DNA of 64,000 nt from contig JAERIN010000005.1 in NCBI GenBank assembly GCA_016757515.1, forward strand, positions 3,325 through 67,324, written 5' to 3'. Shown here in pieces: positions 28,374-39,247 of this stretch (positions within the stretch are counted from its first letter, which is position 1; each line of letters starts with the position of its first letter). The position numbers and the translations under genes were made by a program. This DNA comes from Alphaproteobacteria bacterium (GTDB lineage: Bacteria > Pseudomonadota > Alphaproteobacteria > Micavibrionales > Micavibrionaceae). A model generated the notes under the pieces. It ran no database searches and had not been told where the DNA came from. It was given only the letters and a program-made list of their open reading frames with translations.

Positions 28374-28436
28374 ATGGAACTTGGTGACGCTTTTGAAGAT
28401 CCTGCGGGCAATGATGAGAGAGAGAGAGCGGTTTAG
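28374..28436 (+). CDS. Candidate 20-codon ORF ([20 protein letters not shown])
   Basis: AAGGAGG at 28360-66 lies 7 nt before the ATG. The ORF contains a (GA)6.5 tract at 28416-28428. There is no other support. Confidence 0.2.
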   Translation: MELGDAFEDPAGNDERERAV

Positions 28437-28578
28437 GAGCTGATAAGGTCAGTCCTCATGATGTTTTGCGATTAGAGCCGGTGCCTCCCGGAGGATTTGC
28501 CCGCCAGTGCGCTGACCTCTCACCAGAAAGAAGAGCGGAACTGGCAGGGTGCGCGTACGATTAATGGCTTCCTGACTT

Positions 28579-29643
28579 CTACATCCCCCGCCCCCTCCTC
28601 TTAAACACATACGAGATCACCTCCGCCACGGCGCGGTACTGTTCGGGCGGGATGACCTCATCCACCTCAACGACCGTGTACAGCGTCCGCGCGAGCGCGG
28701 GGCTCTCCACAACCTCCACCCCCGCCTCCGCCGCCACGGCCCGGATGCGCAGCGCCACCGCGTCCACCCCCTTGGCCACGCACACCGGGGCCTCCATCTC
28801 CGCCGGGTCATAGCGCAGGGCCACGGCGTAGTGCGTGGGGTTGGTGATGACCACGTCGGACTTCGGCACGTTCGCCATCATCCGCTTTTTCGCCCTCTCC
28901 GCCCGCAGGGCCCGCAGGCGCGCGCGGATGAGGGGGTCCCCCTCAGACTGCTTCAGTTCGTCCCGGACCTCCTGCCGGCTCATGCGCATCTTTTGGTGGT
29001 GCGTGAAGCGGACAAACAGCAAGTCTGCCACCGCCAGGACCAAGAGGACTACCAGGACCACGGCCAGCATCCGCATAAGCAGGAAAAAGACCTCGGCCAG
29101 CAGGTCCCCGGCGGGCATCCCCACCATGTGGGGCAGGCCGGGCACGAAGGGCTGAAGGGCCAGGAAGGCCGCTGCGCTCACAGCGCTGATTTTGACGATG
29201 CCTTTGAAGAACTCAAACAGCGCGCGGCCCGAGAACAGGCGCTGAAGCCCCGAGACAAGGGAGACCTTAGACAGCTTTGGCGTGATGGGCTCTGTGGAAA
29301 ACAGGGGCCCAACCTGGAGGAAGGGCCCGGCGAAGGCCACAGCCATCAGGACCAGCGCCGGCAGGAGGAGCGCCACGCCTATGGCGGAGAGCCCGGCGGC
29401 CAGGGCGGTCAGGGGCAGGGCGTGGGCGTGCTCCAGGTATCCCCGCAAGGTCAGGGCGATGTGGGTGAGCAGGGGACCTGCGCCGAAGGCGATGAGGAGG
29501 GTCCCCACGAAGAGCAAAAGCCACGTGGACACCTCCCGCGAGACGGGGACCTGCCCCTTTTCCCGCGCCTGCTCCAGGCGGCGGGGGGTCGGGTCCTCTG
29601 TCTTTTGGCTCTCATCTGGCTGCTCGCCCCCGCCCTCGGCCAT
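28579..29643 (-). CDS. flhB: Flagellar type III export protein FlhB
   Basis: ESQKTEDPTPRRLEQAREKGQVPVSRE...MSRQEVRDELKQSEGDP...VVITNPTHYAVAL (NPTH autocleavage site). Confidence 0.93.
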   Translation of the reverse strand: MAEGGGEQPDESQKTEDPTPRRLEQAREKGQVPVSREVSTWLLLFVGTLLIAFGAGPLLTHIALTLRGYLEHAHALPLTALAAGLSAIGVALLLPALVLMAVAFAGPFLQVGPLFSTEPITPKLSKVSLVSGLQRLFSGRALFEFFKGIVKISAVSAAAFLALQPFVPGLPHMVGMPAGDLLAEVFFLLMRMLAVVLVVLLVLAVADLLFVRFTHHQKMRMSRQEVRDELKQSEGDPLIRARLRALRAERAKKRMMANVPKSDVVITNPTHYAVALRYDPAEMEAPVCVAKGVDAVALRIRAVAAEAGVEVVESPALARTLYTVVEVDEVIPPEQYRAVAEVISYVFKRRGRGM

Positions 29644-29652
29644 GTGGGCACG

Positions 29653-30348
29653 CTACACCGCGCCGGCCCGCCGCACAAACAGGAGGTACGTCTGCCGCCG
29701 CCCCGCCGCACGGCCCTTGGCCTCGTACCGGGTCTCCACCCAGCCGGGTGGGGGCTCCGCCCAGTCCCTTTTGCTGCGCGCCGTCCAGGCAAAGGCCGGG
29801 TGCGCCGCCGCGTGGGCCACCATCCAGGCCGCGAGGGCGTTCACGTCCGTGGTCATGACCAGGGGCGCTCCGGGTCTAAGGACCCGCGCAAACATGTCCA
29901 GCGTCTCCGGGCGGATCATCCGGCGCTTGTGGTGCCGGGCCTTGGGCCACGGGTCCGGGTTCAGGATATACAGCGCGTCCAGGCACCCGTCCGGCATCCG
30001 GTCTATCAGCGCCACGGCGTCGCCCATGTGGACGCGCACGTTGCTGGGCGGAGGGGCTGGCAGGGCCTTCAAAAAGGCCGACATGCCGTTCGCAAACGGC
30101 TCCACGCCGATAAAGCCGCTCTCGGGCTGGGTGTTCAGGAGACCAAGAAGGTGCTCCCCGTTCCCAAAGCCGATCTCCAGCGCCACATGCGTGGCTGCCG
30201 GGAACAGGGCCGCCGGGTCCACCAGGTCGTCCTCCGGCACGGCCAGCGCGGGCAAAAGCGTTTCCAACGCCGCCCGCCGCGAGGGCGAGAGGGGCCGCCC
30301 CAGCCGGCGGCCGTAGACCGCTCCCCGCGCCCGCGCGCCCTCAGGCAT
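29653..30348 (-). CDS. trmB: tRNA (guanine-N7)-methyltransferase
   Basis: LEIGFGNGEHL...IGVEPF...YILNPDPWPKARHHKRRMI. Start trimmed to MPEGARARG. Confidence 0.88.
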   Translation of the reverse strand: MPEGARARGAVYGRRLGRPLSPSRRAALETLLPALAVPEDDLVDPAALFPAATHVALEIGFGNGEHLLGLLNTQPESGFIGVEPFANGMSAFLKALPAPPPSNVRVHMGDAVALIDRMPDGCLDALYILNPDPWPKARHHKRRMIRPETLDMFARVLRPGAPLVMTTDVNALAAWMVAHAAAHPAFAWTARSKRDWAEPPPGWVETRYEAKGRAAGRRQTYLLFVRRAGAV

Positions 30349-30799
30349 CCGTCTTGCCCCCCCGGCACGCGGCGCAGGTCCCGTGCAGCTCCGTGGCCCA
30401 GCGGGTGGGGGCAAAGCCCGCGCCCTCCGCCTGGGCCACCAGGGCCGCCGGGAGGGCCGGTGCGGGCGCCACCTCCACATGCCCACAGACGTCACAGATG
30501 AGGAACTGCGTGCCCGCGTGCGCCCGCGCCGCGCCGCACACCATGTACGCGCTCCGGCTCGCCACCCGGTGGAGCAGGCCCGCGCCCTCCAGAAACTCCA
30601 GCGCCCGGTACACCGTGGGCGGGTGCAGGTCCGGCAGGACCTCCAGCACCGCATACGCCCCCACGGGCTCCGCCGCCCGCGCCACGGCCTCCAGCACCCG
30701 GCGGCGCGGGGCCGTCACCCTCTGCCCCCCCGCGCGGCACGCGGCCTCCAGCCGGGCCAGCAGGTCCTCCATCTTGTGCGCGCAGCAATGGTGCCCCAT
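30341..30799 (-). CDS. zur: Fur-family repressor, Zur-like
   Basis: GQRVTAPRRRVLEAV...GAYAVLEVL....PPTVYRALEFLEGAGLLHRV...FLICDVCGHVE...CAAC. His/Cys-rich N-terminus MGHHCCAHK. The start is uncertain. Confidence 0.75.
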   Translation of the reverse strand: MGHHCCAHKMEDLLARLEAACRAGGQRVTAPRRRVLEAVARAAEPVGAYAVLEVLPDLHPPTVYRALEFLEGAGLLHRVASRSAYMVCGAARAHAGTQFLICDVCGHVEVAPAPALPAALVAQAEGAGFAPTRWATELHGTCAACRGGKTDA

Positions 30800-30843
30800 G
30801 TCGGCCCCAGCATCGCACAGCCGCGCCGCGGGGCTCAAGCGCA

Positions 30844-31137
30844 TCAGGGGCAGTGCTGGACCCAATCGCCGCTCGCGCTCATATCCCAGTGCCCACCTGG
30901 GCATAGACCTTCAGCCCCGGCGGCCCCGGCCACCTGCTCCATCCCTCCGGCTGGTATGGTTCCCCAGAATGTCTCCCCAAAAAACTCTGTCATCGGCCCA
31001 AAGAAGGGGGAGGCGTGCGCGAAGGGACCTATTATGAACATCTCCAGAACAAGGGTTAGCAACAGTGCGTCAACCGCTAACTCACTATCCTGCTTCGGGG
31101 CCGGCGCGGCCTTGGAACCAAACCAGTTTCCGGACAT
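30844..31137 (-). CDS. Small hypothetical membrane protein (97 aa)
   Basis: AAAGGAGA SD 8 nt upstream of ATG 31135-37. Hydrophobic helix LAVDALLLTLVLEMFIIGPF. C-terminal CPGGHWDMSASGDWVQHC. Lies in visibly AT-richer DNA. Confidence 0.5.
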   Translation of the reverse strand: MSGNWFGSKAAPAPKQDSELAVDALLLTLVLEMFIIGPFAHASPFFGPMTEFFGETFWGTIPAGGMEQVAGAAGAEGLCPGGHWDMSASGDWVQHCP

Positions 31138-31204
31138 GGGGTGGTCTCCTTTCTTAGAAATATGTTCCATTAAAGAGCGCGGGGAGGGCGGGGCGTCAAG
31201 GGGC

Positions 31205-31233
31205 TTGACGCGCTTTTTGGAATCTTATATCTT
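31205..31233 (+). promoter_or_regulatory. sigma70-like promoter candidate
   Basis: TTGACG (31205-10), then TATATC or TATCTT at a 15-17 nt spacing. GGGAGGA SD before ATG 31262. Confidence 0.4.
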
Positions 31234-31261
31234 CTGGCCATCAAACAGGGAGGATAAGGAT

Positions 31262-31660
31262 ATGAAATACCATGATATGAAGTACCATATTGGCGCAGCC
31301 GCACTCGTTCTGCTCGGGGGCATGCAGGCCGCCAGCGCCCAAGGCCCGCGCATAGGCTATATTGGGATTGAGTCTGTTGACCCCGGCGAACGCACTGTCA
31401 CGTTCACGACCGGCTTCACACGCGATGTCTTTTGCCGGGAGGGCCTGGCCGGACTCGACCCCTTTGTGCGCACAAAACGGCCCCCGGCGTTTGCCAAGAA
31501 AATGGTGGAACTTTGGGAGCAGGCAAACGCACGCGCGCAGAATCCACCTAAGGACCCCGCAGGCGTGGCCAAAGTTCGAGACCACTTGCGGGATGTGCAC
31601 GGACTCACGGATGGGCACGAGGCCACACTGCGAGAGATGTGTCCGGGCACACCTCAATAG
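31262..31660 (+). CDS. Small secreted hypothetical protein (132 aa)
   Basis: Good SD. Signal peptide IGAAALVLLGGMQAASAQG. The start is a 15-bp tandem duplication (ATGAAATACCAT GAT ATGAAGTACCAT). The rest of track ORF 30383..31660 is antisense shadow. Confidence 0.6.
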   Translation: MKYHDMKYHIGAAALVLLGGMQAASAQGPRIGYIGIESVDPGERTVTFTTGFTRDVFCREGLAGLDPFVRTKRPPAFAKKMVELWEQANARAQNPPKDPAGVAKVRDHLRDVHGLTDGHEATLREMCPGTPQ

Positions 31661-31726
31661 AGCTCACGGAGCCGGTGTGGCGGCGATACCGTTTTTGGTT
31701 CCCCGAGGCTGTGCTATGAGGGGGCC

Positions 31727-33157
31727 ATGCCCCTGGCCTTTGCCCAGCCCTGGATGTTGCTCGCGCTGGCCCTTCTCCCGGGCCTGTGGTGGCTCACGCG
31801 GGCGCGGCCGCCCGCGCCGGTGCGGGTGTTTTTCCCCCCCGTGCGCCTGCTCCTGGGCCTGGAGAACGCGCCCCGCGCCTCGCACAAGACCGATACGCTG
31901 CGCCTTATGCTGCGCGCGGCGCTGTGCGCCCTTCTGATCGTGGGCCTGGCGGGGCCCCATTTTGCTGCGCCGCCGGATGCGGCACAAACCGCCACGACGG
32001 ACGATCTGCCACGGGTGGCGATTGTGGAGACCGGCGCGCGCGCGGGGGCACCGCCACTGCTGGACCCGCTGCATTACCTCCGCGCGGCCCTGGCCGGGCA
32101 GGCGCAGATCGTGCAGCATGACGCGGACCTCACCATAGCCCTGGCCCCGGTGGAGGCGCAGCAAAACTGGGTGCTGGCGTTCGCGGAGGGTGGGGCCCTG
32201 GCCTTGGACAGCGCGGCCCTGGGCCCAGGCGCAGCGCAAGGGATTACGGATTTCGCGGGCCCCCTGGCGGAGTTGGAGGGACCACAGGACGTGCGCGTCC
32301 GGCGCTATGCTGCGCCCGGAGCGGGGGATGTCTGGGCCCGCCTGGAGAGCGGCGCGCCCCTCATCACGGCGAAAGGCCGGCACGTGCGCGTGGGCACGGG
32401 CCTGTCCCCCTGGGCGTCTGACCTGGCCCTCTCTCCCCTCCTGCCAGAGATTGTGGGCCGCATAGCCCACGCTGCCGCGCAGGACCGGTGGGCCCGATCT
32501 GCGCCTGCCGCACAGCAGGAGCCCGCGCAGCCCCTGGGCCCGTACCTGATTTTTGCTGCGCTCCTCCTGTTCCTACTGGACTGGGCCTGGCGCCCGCGCC
32601 GCACCCTGGCCGCGCTCCTCGTCCTCGCGGCGTGTCCCGCTCTGGCCGACCCCCCGCTCGCCTACATCTCCACGGGTGACGATGCGGCGGCGCAGGCCGG
32701 GCTCTCGGCCCTGGCCGAGGTTCTGAACGCGCGGACCACCGCCGCCCCGCAGGGCGCGGGCCCTCTGGCCGGAGACCCAGCGGCGCACAGCTTTGTATAC
32801 TGGGCTGGCGGCCCCCTTACGCCCGATGCGCAGAAATCTGTGCAGCATTACCTGGACCATGGCGGGGTGTTGCTGATGGACGCGCCGACGCCGGGCGCGG
32901 GCGGGGGCTTGGCCCTCCCGCCGCTTGAGCCCGCCGGGGACGGGCACATCCTGGCCCGCGTCTTCTATGCCATACCGGATTTTGCTGCGCTGGGCGTGTG
33001 GGCGGAGGCAGGCGGCGCGGACGCACCGGCGCGCCTTATTGTGTCCACCCGCCCCCTGGCCCCTGCATGGGCTGCGGGGGACGAGGCCGCGCTTCGACTG
33101 GGCGTGAACATAGCCCTGTACGCCGCGACGGGGACTTATAAGGACGACCCGCTCTGA
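31727..33157 (+). CDS. Membrane protein with a BatA-type N-terminal double-TM domain (DUF4159-like C-terminus)
   Basis: MPLAFAQPWMLLALALLPGLWWLTRARPPAPVRVFFPPVRLL fits the N-terminal double-transmembrane (TIGR02226-type) pattern as I remember it. Confidence 0.5.
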   Translation: MPLAFAQPWMLLALALLPGLWWLTRARPPAPVRVFFPPVRLLLGLENAPRASHKTDTLRLMLRAALCALLIVGLAGPHFAAPPDAAQTATTDDLPRVAIVETGARAGAPPLLDPLHYLRAALAGQAQIVQHDADLTIALAPVEAQQNWVLAFAEGGALALDSAALGPGAAQGITDFAGPLAELEGPQDVRVRRYAAPGAGDVWARLESGAPLITAKGRHVRVGTGLSPWASDLALSPLLPEIVGRIAHAAAQDRWARSAPAAQQEPAQPLGPYLIFAALLLFLLDWAWRPRRTLAALLVLAACPALADPPLAYISTGDDAAAQAGLSALAEVLNARTTAAPQGAGPLAGDPAAHSFVYWAGGPLTPDAQKSVQHYLDHGGVLLMDAPTPGAGGGLALPPLEPAGDGHILARVFYAIPDFAALGVWAEAGGADAPARLIVSTRPLAPAWAAGDEAALRLGVNIALYAATGTYKDDPL

Positions 33158-33756
33158 ACCAGGCCAAGGTCTTGTGCCAGGGCCAGCCGGGCCTGGGCCA
33201 GGCCGGTGCCCCCCCGCGCGCTTGTCACCAGGGGCGCAGCAAACACTCCCGGTACGCCCGGAAGCCCTGGGGTTGTGCTGGCCTTGTCGGCCTTTGTCCA
33301 CACCACCCGCGCGGGCACCCCAGCCTCGGCCGCGCGCAACAAGAACGCCGCGTCGCTGTCCTTTGCGCCGTGCCGGGAGTCCATAAGGACACACACCGCG
33401 CGCAGTGCCCGCCGCCCGTGGATATAGGCGTGCAGCAAAGCCTCCCACGCCGCGCGTTCCGCCTTTGACACCTTTGCGTAGCCATAGCCCGGCATGTCCA
33501 CCAGACGCGCGCGGCCCCCCGCGATGTCGTAAAAGTGCAGCGCGCGGGTGCGCCCTGGCGTGTGGGACGTCCGGGCCAAAAGTTTGCGGCCCAAAAGGGC
33601 GTTGATGAGGGAGGACTTGCCCACGTTGGACCGGCCCGCGAAGGCGACCTCGGGCCTGTCCCCGGGCGGGAGGTCCCCAGGCGTCGTGGCCGCCCACGCA
33701 AAAGCCGCCTCCCCCGCGAACAGCCGGCGGGCGTCTTCTTCAGGACCTGTGCTCAT
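33136..33756 (-). CDS. engB: Ribosome biogenesis GTPase YihA/EngB
   Basis: EVAFAGRSNVGKSSLINAL (G1), HTPGRT, VDMPGYGYA (G3), TKADK (G4). Start trimmed to MSTGPEED. Confidence 0.92.
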   Translation of the reverse strand: MSTGPEEDARRLFAGEAAFAWAATTPGDLPPGDRPEVAFAGRSNVGKSSLINALLGRKLLARTSHTPGRTRALHFYDIAGGRARLVDMPGYGYAKVSKAERAAWEALLHAYIHGRRALRAVCVLMDSRHGAKDSDAAFLLRAAEAGVPARVVWTKADKASTTPGLPGVPGVFAAPLVTSARGGTGLAQARLALAQDLGLVQSGSSL

Positions 33757-34057
33757 GGCCCCTCCCCAGGGGCGTGATGGCCGCAAGAGCCTCCTGCGTG
33801 CCGGGCCGCCGCGCAGCCTCCATCAAGTCGTGGGCGTTTTGCAGGCGCAGGAAGTAGCCCTCCGAGAGGCCAAAAAACCGCGCCAGGCGCATGTCCGTGT
33901 CCGCCGTGATGCCCCGCCGCCCGCGCACAATCTCGCTCAGGCGGTTCGCGGGCACGCCAATCTGCTGCGCCAGAGCGTTTTGCGAGAGGCCCAGCGGGGC
34001 CAGGAACTCCTCGGCCAGAATAACGCCCGGCGTGGGGTTTTCTAAAAGGGCTTTCAT
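33740..34057 (-). CDS. higA: HigA-family XRE antitoxin-like HTH protein (105 aa), with no partner toxin
   Basis: GVILAEEFLAPLGLSQNALAQQIGVPANRLSEIVRGRRGITADTDMRLARFFGLSEGYFLRLQNAHDL. Only the last 105 codons of track ORF 33740..34993 are credible. Confidence 0.8.
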   Translation of the reverse strand: MKALLENPTPGVILAEEFLAPLGLSQNALAQQIGVPANRLSEIVRGRRGITADTDMRLARFFGLSEGYFLRLQNAHDLMEAARRPGTQEALAAITPLGRGHEHRS

Positions 34058-34071
34058 ACAAGGACTATAAG

Positions 34072-34091
34072 CTTTGCGCTCACTTTGCGCT
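34072..34091. promoter_or_regulatory. Tandem 9-mer direct repeat in the higA-gyrB divergent spacer
   Basis: CTTTGCGCT at 34072-80 and at 34083-91, an 11-bp period. Confidence 0.35.
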
Positions 34092-34123
34092 ACCCTTTCC
34101 CTATCCCCCGTGCTACACCCTGA

Positions 34124-36505
<2,382 letters not shown>

Positions 36506-36630
36506 GACGGGCCTGACGGGACAGGGCGACCCCGCGCTGTTTTTGGGCTACGCCGCGCCGCGATATTTTTTACTTTCCATTGTGGGGGGAAGAGCGGCTG
36601 ACCCAGCAGGGCAGGGGCAGACGTCCGCGC

Positions 36631-36659
36631 TGGACGCGGCGGCGCGGGCCTGCGATACT
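36631..36659 (+). promoter_or_regulatory. Promoter candidate for tRNA-Leu
   Basis: TGGACG, 17-nt spacer, GATACT. The -10 element ends 10 nt before the tRNA 5' end. Confidence 0.35.
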
Positions 36660-36669
36660 GGGCCGCGAA

Positions 36670-36756
36670 GCGGGTGTGGCGGAATCGGTAGACGCGCCAG
36701 ACTCAAAATCTGGTGGCCGCAAGGCCGTGCCGGTTCGAGCCCGGCCACCCGTACCA
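36670..36756 (+). tRNA. tRNA-Leu (anticodon CAA), type II with a long variable arm
   Basis: Folded by hand. Acceptor GCGGGTG/CACCCGT (G1-U72 wobble). D arm GCGGAATCGGTAGACGC. Anticodon stem-loop CCAGA-CTCAAAA-TCTGG. Variable arm TGGCCGCAAGGCCGT. T arm GCCGG-TTCGAGC-CCGGC. Discriminator A, encoded CCA. Confidence 0.9.
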
Positions 36757-36775
36757 CCCCCCTGACAGAGAGGAC

Positions 36776-36791
36776 TGGCACACTCCTTGCA
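36776..36791 (+). promoter_or_regulatory. sigma54 (RpoN) promoter upstream of flgF
   Basis: TGGCAC-ACTCC-TTGCA is a perfect match to TGGCAC-N5-TTGCW, 16 nt upstream of the flgF ATG. Confidence 0.6.
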
Positions 36792-36806
36792 GCCCCCCTG
36801 GGGGCG

Positions 36807-37526
36807 ATGGAGAACAGTATCTACATAGCACTTTCGCGGCAGGTGGCCCTGCGCCGCGCGATGGACGCCACGGCGCACAATGTTGCGAACATGTCCACGC
36901 CGGGGTTCCGCGCCGCGCACCCCCTGTTCCGTGAGGCGCTCACGGCCACAGGCCCAGGGGAGGCGTCGTCGTTTGTGTCCCAGGCCGGGGACTATAAGGA
37001 CATGCGCACGGGGGCGCTGCGGCGCACGGGCTCTCCTCTGCACGCGGCTGTGGTGGGCCCGGGCTTTTTTGCCGCACGCGCGCCTTCGGGCCAGGTGGCC
37101 TACACCAAGGCCGGGGAGTTTCAGCGTGGCCCGGACGGTGCCCTGCTCACTGCGGGCGGGGCATCGGTCTTGTCCCAGGGCGGGGGGGCTATAACCCTGC
37201 CCGCAGGCGCGCAGAGCGTGTCTATAGACGGACGGGGCGTGATCTCCGCAGACGGCGCCAGGGTTGCCCAGCTTTCGGTTGTGGAGTTCACAGACCCGGC
37301 GGCTCTTACCCCCATAGGAAACGGACTGGCTGTCACAGACCAGGCCCCGCAGGAGGGCGCAGTCAGCCGCGTGGCCAGCGGTGTTGTGGAGTCTTCCAAC
37401 GTAGAGCCGGTGGTGGAGATGACGGGCATGGTGGAGATTTTGCGGAGCTATCAGTCCATGCAGCGCCTACTACAGGCCGAGAACGACCGGCTGCGCGGCG
37501 CGATAGAGAAGTTGGCAAAGGTATAG
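36807..37526 (+). CDS. flgF: Flagellar basal-body rod protein FlgF
   Basis: MENSIYIALSRQVALRRAMDATAHNVANMSTPGF...VESSNVEPVVEMTGMVEILRSYQS. Trimmed from track ORF 36543..37526, which runs through the tRNA. Confidence 0.9.
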   Translation: MENSIYIALSRQVALRRAMDATAHNVANMSTPGFRAAHPLFREALTATGPGEASSFVSQAGDYKDMRTGALRRTGSPLHAAVVGPGFFAARAPSGQVAYTKAGEFQRGPDGALLTAGGASVLSQGGGAITLPAGAQSVSIDGRGVISADGARVAQLSVVEFTDPAALTPIGNGLAVTDQAPQEGAVSRVASGVVESSNVEPVVEMTGMVEILRSYQSMQRLLQAENDRLRGAIEKLAKV

Positions 37527-37538
37527 GAGGCACACAAG

Positions 37539-38324
37539 ATGCGCGCACTGGACATCGGAGCTACGGGGATGCTGGCGCAGCAGATGCACGTTGAGGTGAC
37601 GGCGAATAACCTTGCGAACATGACGACAACGGGCTTCAAGCAACGGAGCCCGGCCTTTGTGGATCTGCTCTATCAGACTGTGGACCAGCCCGGCATGCCC
37701 ACATCAGACGCGGGGACTCTCTCTCCCTCGGGGATGCAGCTGGGGCTGGGCGTGCGCCCTGGGGCGGTTTACCGCCTGCACGAGCAGGGGCCGGTGAAGC
37801 GTACGGAGAGCGAGATGGACCTGGCACTTATCGGGGACGGATTTTTCCAGATAGACCTCCCCGACGGGAGAACGGCCTATACCCGGGACGGCACCTTCCA
37901 GGTGAACGAGAACGGGGAGATGGTGACGATCCAGGGACACCTCCTTCAGCCGGGCATCACGGTTCCGGACAACGCGGTGAACATTGACATCAACGAGAGC
38001 GGGGAGGTCTGGGTTAAAATCCGGGGCCAGGCTGCACTGCAAAACCTGGGACAGCTGGAGCTGGCCACCTTCATCAATCCCCCAGGATTGGAGGCGATTG
38101 GGAACAACCTCTTGGTGGAGACAAACGCCTCGGGCACACCCACAACCGGGGTGCCGAATGAGGAGAACTTCGCGCGCATCCTGCAGGGCGCACTGGAGCA
38201 GTCTAACGTGAATGCGGTGGAGGAGATCACCAACCTCATCACTGCGCAGCGGGCGTATGAGATGAACTCCCAGGTCGTCTCCACGGCGGGCGAGATGATG
38301 CAAACCACGAGCCAGTTGAGGTAG
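37539..38324 (+). CDS. flgG: Flagellar basal-body rod protein FlgG
   Basis: MRALDIGATGMLAQQMHVEVTANNLANMTTTGFK...LEQSNVNAVEEITNLITAQRAYEMNSQ. Confidence 0.95.
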   Translation: MRALDIGATGMLAQQMHVEVTANNLANMTTTGFKQRSPAFVDLLYQTVDQPGMPTSDAGTLSPSGMQLGLGVRPGAVYRLHEQGPVKRTESEMDLALIGDGFFQIDLPDGRTAYTRDGTFQVNENGEMVTIQGHLLQPGITVPDNAVNIDINESGEVWVKIRGQAALQNLGQLELATFINPPGLEAIGNNLLVETNASGTPTTGVPNEENFARILQGALEQSNVNAVEEITNLITAQRAYEMNSQVVSTAGEMMQTTSQLR

Positions 38325-38328
38325 GCGC

Positions 38329-39243
38329 ATGCACAACGTTCTGTTCCTCTGCGTACTCTTGGTTGCCGCCCCGGCCCTGGCGATGCCGACGCCCCGCATG
38401 GGCGCACCGGTGGCCCTTACGGGCCCGAGCGTCACGGCGGGGGACGTATTCACCGGCCTGGGGGCTACAGACGCGGCATTCTACCTCGCGCCCGCGCCGG
38501 AGCCGGGGGACGCGCTCACCCTGCCCGCCTCAGATCTGCTGCGGATTGCGCGAGCATTGGGCCTGTCCTGGCGGCCAACCACAGGGGCAGAGCAGGTGGT
38601 CCTGACCAACCCTGCGACCGTCATAGGCGCGCAGGCCATAGAGGCCGCCCTGGACCCCGCGCTGCGCGCGCGCGGGGCACCGGCGGATTTCGTCCTGGAC
38701 TATGCCGCAGGGCCGCCGCGTCTGGTCCTTGCCGGCCACGGCCCACCGCCTGCGCTGCGGGTGGCGGCGCTGTCTTATGATCCTGGGCGCGGGCATTTCT
38801 CCGCACACATACAGGCCGGGGGGGAGGCCTGGAAAGTGCAGGGCCAGGTGGAGCCCGTGGTGGCGATCCCCGCCCTAATCCGGGGCATACAGGCCGGCAC
38901 GCGCATAGGCCCGGGGGACCTGACCACCTTGCGCTTGCCCTCTAGGTCCTTACAGCGAGACACACTTTTGGAGGCCGAAAGCGTTGCCGGCATGACCGCG
39001 CGGCGCGCCCTGCAGCCCGGTGCGCCCCTGCGCGCCAGCGATGTCGCCCCGCCGCGCCTGGTTAAGCGGGGGGAGAGCGTCACCATTGTTCTGCGCGACG
39101 GAACCTTGGAACTGACGGCCCTGGGCAGGGCCCTGGAGAACGGGGCAAAGGGAGACGTCGTGCGCGTTGTGAACAGCGCATCAGGCCGCTCCCTGGACGC
39201 CCGCGTCACGGGTGACCGCGCGGTGAGTGTGGGGGGGCTGTAG
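38329..39243 (+). CDS. flgA: Flagellar P-ring assembly chaperone FlgA
   Basis: Signal peptide. C-terminal SAF/FlgA pattern LVKRGESVTIVLRDGTLELTALGRALENGAKGDVVRVVNSASGRSLDARV. Position after flgG. Confidence 0.85.
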   Translation: MHNVLFLCVLLVAAPALAMPTPRMGAPVALTGPSVTAGDVFTGLGATDAAFYLAPAPEPGDALTLPASDLLRIARALGLSWRPTTGAEQVVLTNPATVIGAQAIEAALDPALRARGAPADFVLDYAAGPPRLVLAGHGPPPALRVAALSYDPGRGHFSAHIQAGGEAWKVQGQVEPVVAIPALIRGIQAGTRIGPGDLTTLRLPSRSLQRDTLLEAESVAGMTARRALQPGAPLRASDVAPPRLVKRGESVTIVLRDGTLELTALGRALENGAKGDVVRVVNSASGRSLDARVTGDRAVSVGGL

Positions 39244-39247
39244 GTAA

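Noticed and set aside
28320-28412. TPP (THI-box) riboswitch, suggested by GGGGC...GCTGAGA and a later GATCCTGCGGGCAATG
   Set aside because: The ACCTGATC..GG.TAATGCC..GCG core is absent, the spacing is wrong, an SD and ATG lie in the middle, and no thiamine gene lies downstream. The cobalamin, SRP, 6S, tmRNA and RNase P signatures I know were also not found.
29700-29800. sigma54 promoter for flhB inside trmB (minus-strand TGGACG-GCGCG-CAGCA)
   Set aside because: Only the GG and GC dinucleotides fit, and the remaining consensus positions do not.
28831-30501. 556-aa plus-strand ORF and its 344-aa sibling
   Set aside because: They are antisense to flhB and trmB. No motifs and a biased composition.
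31138-31261. Zur box in the spacer next to zur
   Set aside because: AATATGTTCCATTA is only weakly palindromic, and I cannot score it against a clade-specific matrix without tools.
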